Below, piece after piece: positions 49,396 to 59,013 of a stretch of DNA of 64,000 nucleotides (position 1 is its first letter; the number at the start of each line of letters is the position of its first letter). The position numbers were made by a program, and so were the translations under genes. The notes under the pieces were generated by a model. The model was not told the origin of the DNA, did not search any database, and saw nothing but the letters and a program-made list of their open reading frames with translations. This DNA is from Bryobacterales bacterium (GTDB lineage: Bacteria; Acidobacteriota; Terriglobia; Bryobacterales; UBA6623): assembly GCA_965204435.1 (NCBI GenBank), contig OZ241997.1, positions 1,948,154 through 2,012,153 on the forward strand. Reading direction: 5' to 3'.

Positions 49396-50034
49396 CTACT
49401 GTCGCTTGATGCGGATATTGCGGAATCTCGCTTCCAGCGGCGGCCCGGAGTGCACTTGCAGTCCGATAAGCCCTGTTTGCTCAATGCTTTCGTCTTCCTC
49501 GGTGTAGTCCACCGTGACCACCCCGTTCAGCTTGAGAACAATGTGCCTGCCGCTCGCCTGCACCTCGTAGTCATTCCAGTCTGTCGGCTTGAGCGCCTTC
49601 TTGATCGTGGCCTCGGACGGAGCCGCCAAGGTGACCCTGCGCCGCGACTCGTCGTACAAGCTGCCCCACCAGCTCGGGCCAACGTCGACCTGGTAGCCGA
49701 TCATCTCCATCGAGCCCGAGACCCGGCGGCTGCGGATCTGCACGCCGCTATTGCCGACGTTGTCGACGAGTTGGATCTGGAACCGCAGGATGAAATCCGA
49801 GTACTCCTCGACAGTAGTGAGGAAGTCATTGTAGGCAATGCCCGGGGAGCGACCAACCACCATGCCGTCTTCGACCTTCCATAAGAACGGGTCGCCCTCC
49901 CAGCCGGTGAGATCCGTGCCATTGAACAGCGGTTCGAACCCCTCCTCGGCGCCGCTGGCGGCGGGAACCGCGAGGCCCGCGGCGACAGCGGCCAAGAATC
50001 CGCGACGATCAATTGCATTCGGCCTTGGTTGCAT
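49396..50034 (-). CDS. DUF1080 (3-keto-disaccharide hydrolase family) protein
   Basis: RRGFL Tat motif, LFNGTDLTGW, NSGVQIR, GYQVD, IGLQVH, FRNIRIK. Confidence 0.9.
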   Translation of the reverse strand: MQPRPNAIDRRGFLAAVAAGLAVPAASGAEEGFEPLFNGTDLTGWEGDPFLWKVEDGMVVGRSPGIAYNDFLTTVEEYSDFILRFQIQLVDNVGNSGVQIRSRRVSGSMEMIGYQVDVGPSWWGSLYDESRRRVTLAAPSEATIKKALKPTDWNDYEVQASGRHIVLKLNGVVTVDYTEEDESIEQTGLIGLQVHSGPPLEARFRNIRIKRQ

Positions 50035-50133
50035 CGGTCTAACCCCTCGGCGGCAGTGTGGATCGGGCTCGTGATTGGCGCACCGCATGCCGCGCCCCCC
50101 AATGTTACTCCAAGAGGCCGAGCCAGCTAAGTC

Positions 50134-51573
50134 CTACAGGTCGGGCGGCGCCGTGGCATCCGCAACACGCCGCTTGAGGAGCCTCTTCAGCCGCAAGACG
50201 GTTTCCTGCTCGCTCGGCGCGCGGGCGAGGTTCACGTACTCTTTCGGATCGTTCCAGTGGTCGTACAACTCAACCCCCTCTGCGCCGTCCGGACCCCACT
50301 CGGTGTAGCGCCAGCGATCCGTGCGCACGGTATAGCCAATGGCTCGGGGACGCAACGGCCGCCGAGGATTCACTCGATCGTGCGTGTCGAACGTGGTGAG
50401 AGCGGATTCGCGGACGGACCGCGTGGGATCTTCAAGAATCGGCACCAAGCTCTCTCCGACCAAGTGCTTGGGAGGGTCAAGGCCGCACAGGTCGGCCAAG
50501 GTGGGGTAGACATCCACCAGCTCGGCCAGCGAGCGCGTGCTCAGGCCGGCAGTCTTGCGGTGCGCGGGCGATGCGATGAAGAACGGCACGCGCGCCGAAT
50601 TCTCAAACAAGGTCGTCTTCTGCCAGAGCTTGTGCTCGCCCATGTGGTAGCCGTGATCGGACCAGAACACGATCAGCGTTTCATCCATCATGTCGAGCCG
50701 TTCCAAGGCATCGAGCAGCCGGCCGAGCTGGGTGTCGACGAAGCTGATCGAGGCATAGTAGGCCTGAATGGCCTCCCGCTGCTTCTGCCTCGGAAGGTTG
50801 AGCTGGAAAGGGCGATCCACCCACGCTGCCGGAGGAACGTCGACGAGGTCGTCAAGGGGCTCGGCGGGCAGGCGCACCAAGTGCAGGGGATATTGAAAGA
50901 AGTACTTCTTCGGCGCAACGTACGGCGTGTGCGGGCGGTAGAAGCCCATCGCCAGGAAGATTGGCCGGTCGCGTTCCCGCTCCAGCAGTTTGATCGCCGC
51001 GGTCGTGCCGATCCCGTCGGTCTGCTCTTCGTCAGTGCCGTCCTGGGCCATCCAGCTCAGGGTGCCACCCATGTTTCCGGTCACAGGATCGATCGAATAG
51101 ATCTGATCCTCTTCCCACTTGTCGCGGCCGCGGGGGTTGACCCGTTCCTCCCAAGACGCCGGGTCGTCCAGGCCGTTCTCGCCGATCTGCGTGGGGACGC
51201 CGTAGTGATAGATCTTGCCCACGCGAGCAACGAAGTAGCCGTTTTCGCGGAACATCTGCGGCAGCGTCTTGACGCTCGGGATCGTGTTCCGGAAATAGAC
51301 CGCGTTGTTGCGGACCTTGGTCTGGTCCGGGTAGAGGCCCGTCATCAGCGACGCCCGGCTCGGATTGCACACCGGGTAGTTGCAGTAGGCCTGGTCGAAG
51401 CGGATGCCGAGGCGGGCGAGCCGGTCGAAGTTCGGAGTCTTGACCACGGGGTGCCCGTAGGTCCCCAAGTCGTTGTTCATGTCATCGGTGGCGATGAACA
51501 AGACGTTGAGCTTGTCCTGGGCCGACGCCGAGGCCCAGACCAGCAACAACGCCGCGATCCAGCGGTAGAGCAT
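50134..51573 (-). CDS. Sulfatase (iduronate-2-sulfatase-like)
   Basis: ATDD, CNPSRAS, GKIYH, GFYRPHTP, SDHG. Confidence 0.93.
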   Translation of the reverse strand: MLYRWIAALLLVWASASAQDKLNVLFIATDDMNNDLGTYGHPVVKTPNFDRLARLGIRFDQAYCNYPVCNPSRASLMTGLYPDQTKVRNNAVYFRNTIPSVKTLPQMFRENGYFVARVGKIYHYGVPTQIGENGLDDPASWEERVNPRGRDKWEEDQIYSIDPVTGNMGGTLSWMAQDGTDEEQTDGIGTTAAIKLLERERDRPIFLAMGFYRPHTPYVAPKKYFFQYPLHLVRLPAEPLDDLVDVPPAAWVDRPFQLNLPRQKQREAIQAYYASISFVDTQLGRLLDALERLDMMDETLIVFWSDHGYHMGEHKLWQKTTLFENSARVPFFIASPAHRKTAGLSTRSLAELVDVYPTLADLCGLDPPKHLVGESLVPILEDPTRSVRESALTTFDTHDRVNPRRPLRPRAIGYTVRTDRWRYTEWGPDGAEGVELYDHWNDPKEYVNLARAPSEQETVLRLKRLLKRRVADATAPPDL

Positions 51574-51615
51574 GCAAAAACGGTAGCAAAGCCGCCGGCG
51601 CCGTCCCGTGCGGCC

Positions 51616-52965
51616 TTATCCGCTCGTCCGGCCCTGGTTGCGGGGCGGCCGCCGCGGCGGCTCCTCGAAGTTCTTGCCGGAACCCTCGTAGCCCGGCCTC
51701 GGCCCGGCGAACGGAAGCACGCGCTGACCGTGCGGATCGAAGGCCATCATGCGACCGCTGCGGTAGGAGTCCACGCCGAGCCGAATCGCCGTCATCGCCT
51801 GATAGCCGAACTGCGCATCGAAGGCCGGCTTGGAACGGTCGCGCATGCAATCGAGGAAGTTGCCGATGTGAGCGTTGCTGACGTCCGCCTGCTCGACTTC
51901 GATGCGCAGGACATCTTGACCGGTGGATTCGCGGAATTTCGAGGCGAACTGGTATTCGGGCCTCACTTCGATCGCCTTCGGCAGAAACGTAATCGCTCCC
52001 TCGTGCCCGTACACCACGGTGGGCATGCCGACATTGCCCGCCGACGACGCCATTGAGGCAGACAGGTTGACGTAGTGGCTTCCATACTCGATGACAGTGG
52101 CGTAGGTGTCAGGCACCTCGCGTTCGCGATGCACGTAGATCCCGCCGTGGCCGCTCACGCGGCTGGGGAATTTCTTGCCCATCATCAACATCAGAGGAGC
52201 GAGGCGGTGGTAGAAGAGGTCGGTCGCGATCCCGCCAGAGTAGTCCCAGTACTTGCGCCAGCGGAAGAAGCGCTCGGGGCTGAACGGCCGTGCCGGCGCG
52301 CTGCCCAGGAATTTATCCCAGTCGATATTCTCGGGCGTGCCTTCAGGATCGACCGTGTAGTTCCACTCGCCATACAGCGAGTTTCGGCAGTACGTGTTCT
52401 GCGCCCAGAGCACCGGCCCGATCCAGCCCTCATCAACGACCTTGCGGGCTTCGTGATAGCGCAGGTCCGAAACATGCTGGCTGCCCACCTGAAGGACCCG
52501 TCCACTGCTCTCGACCACCTCGGCAATTCGGCGCGCCTCCTCGATGGTATAGGTCATCGGCTTTTCCAGGTAGACGTCCTTGCCGGCGGCGAGAGCGTCC
52601 AAGGCCATGGTGGCGTGCCAGTGGTCGGGGGTCGAGATCCAGACCGCATCGATGTCCGGCCGCGCAAGCACCTCTCGGTAGTCGACATAGCCTCGCGCTG
52701 CGCCGAGTTGCGCGAGATCCAGCGCCTCCTCACGCCGCTTGCGGTAAATGTCGCTGATCGCGGTTACGCGGACGTCGTCCTGACCGCTGGCCCGAACCAT
52801 TAGCCTGCGGAGATGTGAGCGGCCCTTCGAGCCGGTGCCGATCATGCCGATGTTGATGCGGTCATTGGCCCCGAGGACACGCGAAGCGGCGGGCGCAGCC
52901 GCGAGAGCCGGGGCGGCAGCGGCATGCGCCAGAAACGAACGTCTCGAAGCGGTCTTGGTGTCCAT
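51616..52965 (-). CDS. Gfo/Idh/MocA oxidoreductase (Tat signal)
   Basis: SRRSFL, GTGSKG, TPDHWH, YLEKP, WRKYWDY. Confidence 0.92.
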   Translation of the reverse strand: MDTKTASRRSFLAHAAAAPALAAAPAASRVLGANDRINIGMIGTGSKGRSHLRRLMVRASGQDDVRVTAISDIYRKRREEALDLAQLGAARGYVDYREVLARPDIDAVWISTPDHWHATMALDALAAGKDVYLEKPMTYTIEEARRIAEVVESSGRVLQVGSQHVSDLRYHEARKVVDEGWIGPVLWAQNTYCRNSLYGEWNYTVDPEGTPENIDWDKFLGSAPARPFSPERFFRWRKYWDYSGGIATDLFYHRLAPLMLMMGKKFPSRVSGHGGIYVHREREVPDTYATVIEYGSHYVNLSASMASSAGNVGMPTVVYGHEGAITFLPKAIEVRPEYQFASKFRESTGQDVLRIEVEQADVSNAHIGNFLDCMRDRSKPAFDAQFGYQAMTAIRLGVDSYRSGRMMAFDPHGQRVLPFAGPRPGYEGSGKNFEEPPRRPPRNQGRTSG

Positions 52966-53261
52966 GGCAGTGCTCCTTGCGGAGAGGGTCCGGTCCAGTG
53001 CCGAAACCTCGTCGGCACTTTGCACTATACATCCAACGGCCCGGTGCGGGATGGCTTGCCGCACGGCAAGGCTCCGATCCGCCGCTGCGCGAGTTCAACG
53101 CCGCATCGTGGGTCCGCTCAATCACGCACCAATCCAGTCCCAGCGCGCAGCGGCCGCGGAATCGTCGTTGCGATCAAGCTACGCCATCAGGCGTCCGGAC
53201 GCCGATGCTCGAGACGCTCTGCGCCACGGCAGCCCACGCGTCCATGCGCAGCGCTTGTGGA

Positions 53262-53693
53262 CTAGGAGAATAGCGGGAGTTCTTCGGTGTTATTGAACGG
53301 GAACCGCAGACTGTCCGCAGTGTCCCCGACACCCAAGTACTTCCGCAGGGCCTTGTGGATATGCTTGGGATGGATCCGCGTCTCGGCCGCGTCGTTCCGC
53401 TGCAGGGTCACTGGATCGACCTGGTAGGCAAAGTGCCGCTCGTCCGTCTCTCCGATCACACGGTTCGTCCATCCCTGGTTCTTCTCCATGATGATGAAGC
53501 TACCGATCGGCCAGTGATCCTTCCCCAGGTCGGAGTTGTACTTATTGGTCCGACCGAAGTCCGACCCCATCACCACCACCATGCGATCCGCCACTCCGTG
53601 GAGTTCTGCATAGTCCCACAGGTAGTCGATCGAGTCCGTGAGATTCCCCAGCAGCCAGTTCTGGTCCGGGTCGTGATTGTCATGCGTGTCGAA
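53262..53693 (-). pseudogene. 5'-truncated duplicate of the DUF1501 gene 3' end (432-bp direct repeat, left copy)
   Basis: Matches 57718-58149 from CTAGGA to CATGCGTGTCGAA; about 24 substitutions by eye (~94%); frame open. Confidence 0.92.
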
Positions 53694-53886
53694 TACGCTC
53701 TTGAAGCGCTAGGCGCGTCAAGGGACGGGACCTATCGAGGCCGAGTGCGCTTACAACACGGGCAATGCGAGTCGTCGCTGAACGTTGGCACCGCCAAGAT
53801 TCGGTCGATCGCCTCGCCGACGTCCCGGAAATCTGGGCTGCCTGTTGTGCTATGATCATCCGCTCGAATGGCCACGGCTGGCTCAC

Positions 53887-55218
53887 ATGTCTGATGCCAG
53901 GCGGGACTTCAGACTGGCGTTGGGAGCGTCGCTAACAGCTTTCGCCTTCCTTGCAGCCCCAGCGGCGTTCGCCCAGGCTCCGCAGGACGGAGCCACGGAA
54001 GCCGACAGCACCACCCACCGTCCCGGGGGCGACAGCCTCGGAACGTCCGCGCCGAGGGGTCCGTCGGGTGGAATCTCGCCAAGTCCGCCCACTGGCACGC
54101 AGACTCCAACGCGCGACCGCACCGATACAACACGTCAGCGCAACGATCCGAACCAAAGGAGCAAGAACGAGTCCGATTGGAATCGGCGCTCCTTGCGGCG
54201 ACCGGTAGTGCTGGTGGGAAGAGTCCTCACGGATAGCGGCCAGCCTCCACCCGACCGGGTCCTCGTGGGGATGGATTGCGGTGGCGGCGCTCGGCCCCAA
54301 GGATACACAGATGCGAAGGGCCGGTTCAGTTTCGAGCCGAACGGGGACCGCACTTTGCTGGCAAGCGACGCCAGCGTCCCTTCACGAGCCCTGGAGCGCG
54401 GCCCGATCCGGGCACGAACGGGCAGGATCAACCTGTTTCAGTGCCACCTAACGGCCCACTTGACTGGTTATCGGTCGGATCGCCTGCCGTTGGGGTCGGC
54501 TGGCAGCCTCGAGCGGAACAATGTCGGGACCATCGTCCTGCACCGACTCAAGGGAGTTGAGGGACACACGGTGAGCTTGACGTCACTGAAGGCGCCACGC
54601 GACGCGACGAAGGCCTACGACGAGGGAGCCCGCATGCTTCGGAGGATGTCTCCGAACTACCAGAAGAGTGCCGCCCATCTCGAGGCTGCCGTCGAGACCT
54701 ATCCCGAGTACGCGGAAGCGTGGGCAGCCTTGTGCGAGGCCCGGCTGGGCCTGGAAGATCTCCCCGGCGCAAAGGATGCCCTGACTGCGTCGATCGATGC
54801 CAACCCCAAATACCTTGGGCCCTACGAGCCGCTCATGCAAATAGCCTGCTTGCATGGAGAGTGGGGTGTCTTGAACGCACTTTCTGAACGCTACTTAAAG
54901 CTCGCTCCCAGTTCCGTCTACGCTCAGTACCTGGCCGCTACATCGGCCGCCCAGACGGGGAATCTGGATCGCGCCGAATCACTCGTGCTGAAGATGAGAG
55001 ACCACGGAGAGGCCGATCGATGGCCTCTGACTCGAGTCGTCATGGCAATGGTCCACGAGGGGCGGGCGCAGTTCGAGCAGGCGGCAACGGAATACCAGTC
55101 ATTCCTGGAGGTCGCTTCGGACCCGGCGCGCGCGGCCAAGGTCATGAGGCTGCTGTTAGAGTGGCAGGCCCTGCAGGTCATAAGGCCCAAGAACGAGGTG
55201 CCCGCCGGATCCCCTTAG
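53887..55218 (+). CDS. Secreted protein: carboxypeptidase-regulatory/Ig-like domain + TPR repeats
   Basis: Signal peptide, low-complexity linker, TDAKGRFSF, VSLTSLKAP, TPRs (YPEYAEAW). Confidence 0.8.
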   Translation: MSDARRDFRLALGASLTAFAFLAAPAAFAQAPQDGATEADSTTHRPGGDSLGTSAPRGPSGGISPSPPTGTQTPTRDRTDTTRQRNDPNQRSKNESDWNRRSLRRPVVLVGRVLTDSGQPPPDRVLVGMDCGGGARPQGYTDAKGRFSFEPNGDRTLLASDASVPSRALERGPIRARTGRINLFQCHLTAHLTGYRSDRLPLGSAGSLERNNVGTIVLHRLKGVEGHTVSLTSLKAPRDATKAYDEGARMLRRMSPNYQKSAAHLEAAVETYPEYAEAWAALCEARLGLEDLPGAKDALTASIDANPKYLGPYEPLMQIACLHGEWGVLNALSERYLKLAPSSVYAQYLAATSAAQTGNLDRAESLVLKMRDHGEADRWPLTRVVMAMVHEGRAQFEQAATEYQSFLEVASDPARAAKVMRLLLEWQALQVIRPKNEVPAGSP

Positions 55219-55236
55219 AGCCCGGCGTTTTGGGCA

Positions 55237-55459
55237 CTAAGGGGTACCGGGTGCCCCCGTCCAAATATGGGAGTCGGGCGAGCTTCGCCCCTTCTCTGAA
55301 CGGCGAGCGCAACCGGCGACACGACTGCCGGGCTTCGTCCTGCCTCGATTCTTCAGATGACGATCAAACCATTCCACGGACGCCGCCACGAAGTCGGGCG
55401 CGTTGCTCGCCTTGCCAAGCCAACGCCGCGACAAGTAGAAGGAGCCGGGCTATCATCAT
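55237..55459 (-). pseudogene. Internally deleted remnant of a secreted alpha/beta hydrolase/peptidase
   Basis: Signal-like MMIARLLLLVAALAWQG joined out of frame to the typical C-terminal VEWFDRHLK. Confidence 0.45.
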
Positions 55460-55629
55460 GCGAGCGAGTCTAGCGCACGCCGCCTGTTCTTTCTTCTGGT
55501 CCGGTTCCTCCGGCCAGCGCGGGATTCCGTCCCGTAGCGGTCCTTGTGGCCGAGGGTAGGGAGCCGGACTTGGCTTGCCGTCCCTTGGGCCAGATACACG
55601 GCCTTCATTCTTCAAGCGATTTGTCGGCC

Positions 55630-56991
55630 ATGAACTCCCCAATCGAGCGCCCTAACGTTCTTGTCGTGGTTCTGGACGACGTCCGGTTTGATGACCTCGG
55701 GTTCTCTGGGCATCCCTTCGTTCAAACGCCGAACTTCGATCGTGTAGCGAACGAGGGAATGCGGTTTGCGAATGCGTTCGCACCGATCCCCCTCTGTTCC
55801 CCGAACCGCGCCTGCATCCTGACAGGCCAGTACGCTCATTCGCACGGTATCGTCGACAACTCGGACCGGGGACCGCGGTCGCATCAGCTCGTCACGTTCC
55901 CGACGGCGCTCCAAAGGGCCGGTTACGAGACCGCATTCGTCGGCAAGTGGCATATGGGCCTGGACGACTCCCCGCGGCCGGGCTTCGACGAATGGCTCAG
56001 CTTCCGCGGCCAGGGCGATTATTTCGATCCGGAAGTCAACGACAACGGGACGCCGCGCCAGTTGACCGGGTACGCCACGGATCTATTTTCCGAGCGCATC
56101 GCCGAATTCATCCGCCGGAGACGCGATCAGCCGTTTCTCGCTTGCCTCTCTCACAAGGCGGTCCACCCGAATCTGGTCCAAGATGCCGACGGCAGCATTC
56201 GTCAGATTCCGGAGGACGGCGGATTCACGCCGCCACCCCGGCTTTCCCGCCTGTACGAGCGGGAACGCATCCCAAGGCGCCCGAACGCCAGGTCGTACGG
56301 CAATGGAAAGCGAGCCTTGGAACGTCGAATCGAGGGCGTTCCTCCGCTGGGCCCCACTACCGGCACGCCCGATCACGTTGTAAGAAACCGCCTCCGAATC
56401 CTGACCGCGGCCGACCAGTCGTTTGCAAGTGTCTTGGGAGCAGTCGAGGAAGCCGGACAGGCGGAGAACACGGTGATCGTCCTGACCAGCGATCACGGAT
56501 ACTTCTACGGAGAGCACGGCCTGAATGAGGAGCGCCGGCTCGCCTATGAAGAGAGCATCCGCGTCCCTCTCGCAGTCCGGTGGCCGGCCCGAGTGACTAC
56601 CGGTTCTGAAGCGAACGCATTCGCGCTCAGCGTTGACATTGCACCAACGCTGCTGGAACTGGCCGGGGCGGAGCCCCTTCCAGGAATGGACGGGCGCTCG
56701 CTTCTCCCGCTGCTGGAGGGATGGGTTCCGTCGGACTGGCGACGTTCCGCGCTCATCGAGTACTTTTCGGACGCCGTCTGGCCGCGCATGGCGAACATGG
56801 GCTATCACGCGGTGCGAACGGAGCGCTGGAAATATATACGCTACACCGAACTCGCTGGGATGGACGAACTGTACGATCTCGAGATGGACCCGTATGAAAT
56901 GCGCAACCTGATCAACGAGACAGGCCTGGACGAGACGAAGACCGAACTCCGGGCCGAGCTTGAACTCCTTCTGCGCGCTTCTAGTGGCTAG
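55630..56991 (+). CDS. Sulfatase (N-acetylglucosamine-6-sulfatase-like)
   Basis: LDD, CSPNRA, GKWH, HKAVH, SDHG. Confidence 0.92.
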   Translation: MNSPIERPNVLVVVLDDVRFDDLGFSGHPFVQTPNFDRVANEGMRFANAFAPIPLCSPNRACILTGQYAHSHGIVDNSDRGPRSHQLVTFPTALQRAGYETAFVGKWHMGLDDSPRPGFDEWLSFRGQGDYFDPEVNDNGTPRQLTGYATDLFSERIAEFIRRRRDQPFLACLSHKAVHPNLVQDADGSIRQIPEDGGFTPPPRLSRLYERERIPRRPNARSYGNGKRALERRIEGVPPLGPTTGTPDHVVRNRLRILTAADQSFASVLGAVEEAGQAENTVIVLTSDHGYFYGEHGLNEERRLAYEESIRVPLAVRWPARVTTGSEANAFALSVDIAPTLLELAGAEPLPGMDGRSLLPLLEGWVPSDWRRSALIEYFSDAVWPRMANMGYHAVRTERWKYIRYTELAGMDELYDLEMDPYEMRNLINETGLDETKTELRAELELLLRASSG

Positions 56992-57104
56992 CAGGGCCTT
57001 GCGACCTGGTGCGACCCGTGCCGGTCCGGAGATATCAGGACCATTCCACGTTCGTTCCCTCGCATCGAGAGTTGGTCGACGCGGTTCGTGTGCTCGCAGA
57101 AGCC

Positions 57105-57638
57105 TCACCGCCTCTCGGTTGGCCCGGCCCGTTCAAGCTCGGATTCCCCTCCGGGCACCTTGGTCTTGATGTAGAGCTCGCGCTTTGGATACGGGATCTC
57201 GACACCGGGTGCGTTGAACTTGAGCATTGCCCTCTCGGTGACCTCGTCCGCGATTCCGTGCCGATTCCTTGCCTCTTCGACCCACACACGCAGTCACAGG
57301 TTCACTTCCGAGGGTCCGAATCCCCTCACGAGAACGATTGGCTCGGGGTCCATCTGCACGCCAAGTACTTCCGCGGCAGCCTCCCTAAGGAGCAACTCCG
57401 CTTTTTCGATATCTGAGTCGTAGGCGCACGAGAAGGGGATTCGCAGCCGGATGTGCTCACCCGACATCGTGTAGTTGATGATGTCGCGCTGCATGATTTC
57501 GTTGTTGGGGACAACCACAACAAGGTTGTCTGGATTGCGGATCTTCGTCGCGCGCAGGCCGATTTCGATCACGTCGCCCCAACTTCCGGTCTCGCGGGGC
57601 GCCTTCCACAGTTCGATTCGGTCGCCTACCTGGAAGGG
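57105..57638 (-). pseudogene. MscS mechanosensitive channel remnant (5'-truncated, in-frame TGA)
   Basis: PFQVGDRIEL...GDVIEIGLRATKI...PN...FGPSEVNL*LRVW...GVEIPYP; TGA at 57294-57296; TM region absent. Confidence 0.85.
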
Positions 57639-57717
57639 TGAGGCGGCCGGCGGACGGAGCGGAGCGACCGGCGTGCAGGCGGTTCTCGCGCTGCCAGTGG
57701 TTGCGGGTCAGTGCCGC

Positions 57718-58149
57718 CTAGGAAAAGAGCGGCAGCTCTTCCGTGTTGTTGAACGGGAACCGCAGACTGTCCGCAGTGTCCCCGACGCCCAAGTACTTCC
57801 GCAGGGCCTTGTGGATGTGCTTGGGATGGATCCGCGTTCCGGCCGCGTCGTTCCGCTGCAGGGTCACCGGATCGACCTGGTAGGCGAAGTGACGCTCGTC
57901 CGTCTCTCCGATCACGCGGTTCGTCCAGCCCTGGTTCTTCTCCATGATGATGAAGCTACCGATCGGCCAGTGATCCTTCCCCAGGTCGGAGTTGTACTTG
58001 TTGGTCCGCCCGAAGTCCGACCCCATCACCACCACCATGCGATCCGCCACTCCGTGGAGTTCCGCATAGTCCCACAGGTAGTCAACCGAGTCCGTGAGAT
58101 TTCCCAGCAACCAGCCCTGGTCCGGGTCGTGATTGTCATGCGTGTCGAA
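57718..58149. repeat. 432-bp direct repeat, right copy (3' end of the intact DUF1501 gene)
   Basis: Matches 53262-53693. Confidence 0.93.
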
Positions 58150-59004
58150 GCTGCCCAAGCGCAGGTCTGCGCTGACCGCGACCCCCGCCTTGAAGGCCAG
58201 CACCGTTAGCTGCGCTTGCCGTTTGAGAGAACTCCGATACGGGTCGAACTCTTCCACTGGCTTCAGTTCGGCGTTGCTGGGAATCATGTCGGCGAACGTC
58301 CGCAGCCCCTCGGCCGCGTCCGCGTCCAAGGCCGCGGCGTACAGTTCCCTGTTGCGGGCATCCCTGGGCATGAGATTGGGAGCCGCCGCTAGGCGAGCCA
58401 TCCGCTTGTCGCGGTGGCGGGTGACTGAAGCCCAATCGTCGGAACTGAAGAACGGCGTCCGATTCGGGTCCCCGCCCAACAGTTCCGGCTTGGCAATGTT
58501 GCGGACTTCGCCTGGATTGTTCAGCCGCGTGAAGACGGCGACCCCCGCCGTGTTCGAGAACCCGCCGAAGCTCAGGTAGGGCATCGACAGGCCTGCGCCC
58601 TTGTGAGCGGCGAGCAGGGCGGTCGTGGTTGGGTAGCCTTCCGAGATCCGCCCGCTCCAGTTGTGGGTGACACCGGCCGAGTGCGAATTCGTCTGGGCGT
58701 CCACGCCGTTCACGACCAAGATGCGCTGGTAGTACTTGTCGAAGAACGCTTGGTTCTTCGCGAACGGAGCATAGTGAATGTTGCCCGCTTGGCGGACCTC
58801 GCCAGCTTGCGCCCAGTTGTTGATGATCGGCTCGCCGGCGACGTTCGTCTTCGGGTCGCACAAGCTGGTCGGGTCCCAGCCGCCGCTGGCTTGGACGAAT
58901 ACGAACAGCTTGCCGTGGTAGTTCGCGGCGTTCGCGAGCGGGACGCGGAAGCCAGTCACGGCCCCGACGCCGGCCATCACCTGCATGAAGCTACGCCGAT
59001 TCAT
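57718..59004 (-). CDS. DUF1501 family protein (Tat signal)
   Basis: MNRRSF, GGWD...DPK, FDTH, SDFGRT, GKDHW. Confidence 0.9.
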   Translation of the reverse strand: MNRRSFMQVMAGVGAVTGFRVPLANAANYHGKLFVFVQASGGWDPTSLCDPKTNVAGEPIINNWAQAGEVRQAGNIHYAPFAKNQAFFDKYYQRILVVNGVDAQTNSHSAGVTHNWSGRISEGYPTTTALLAAHKGAGLSMPYLSFGGFSNTAGVAVFTRLNNPGEVRNIAKPELLGGDPNRTPFFSSDDWASVTRHRDKRMARLAAAPNLMPRDARNRELYAAALDADAAEGLRTFADMIPSNAELKPVEEFDPYRSSLKRQAQLTVLAFKAGVAVSADLRLGSFDTHDNHDPDQGWLLGNLTDSVDYLWDYAELHGVADRMVVVMGSDFGRTNKYNSDLGKDHWPIGSFIIMEKNQGWTNRVIGETDERHFAYQVDPVTLQRNDAAGTRIHPKHIHKALRKYLGVGDTADSLRFPFNNTEELPLFS

Positions 59005-59013
59005 CAAGTCCTC

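Noticed and set aside
50257..52056. Long antisense or alternative-frame ORFs (e.g. 50257-52056, 1805-2974, 58603-59715, 62972-63844)
   Set aside because: Shadow ORFs of well-supported genes, expected in high-GC DNA.
57294..57296. In-frame TGA in mscS as selenocysteine or readthrough
   Set aside because: The gene is also 5'-truncated and I know of no conserved Cys at this position; a simple nonsense mutation is more likely.
53262..58149. Diverged repeat pairs (also 32225/45871) as DGR template/variable regions
   Set aside because: Differences are not adenine-specific, are mostly synonymous, the repeats are too long, and no reverse transcriptase is present.
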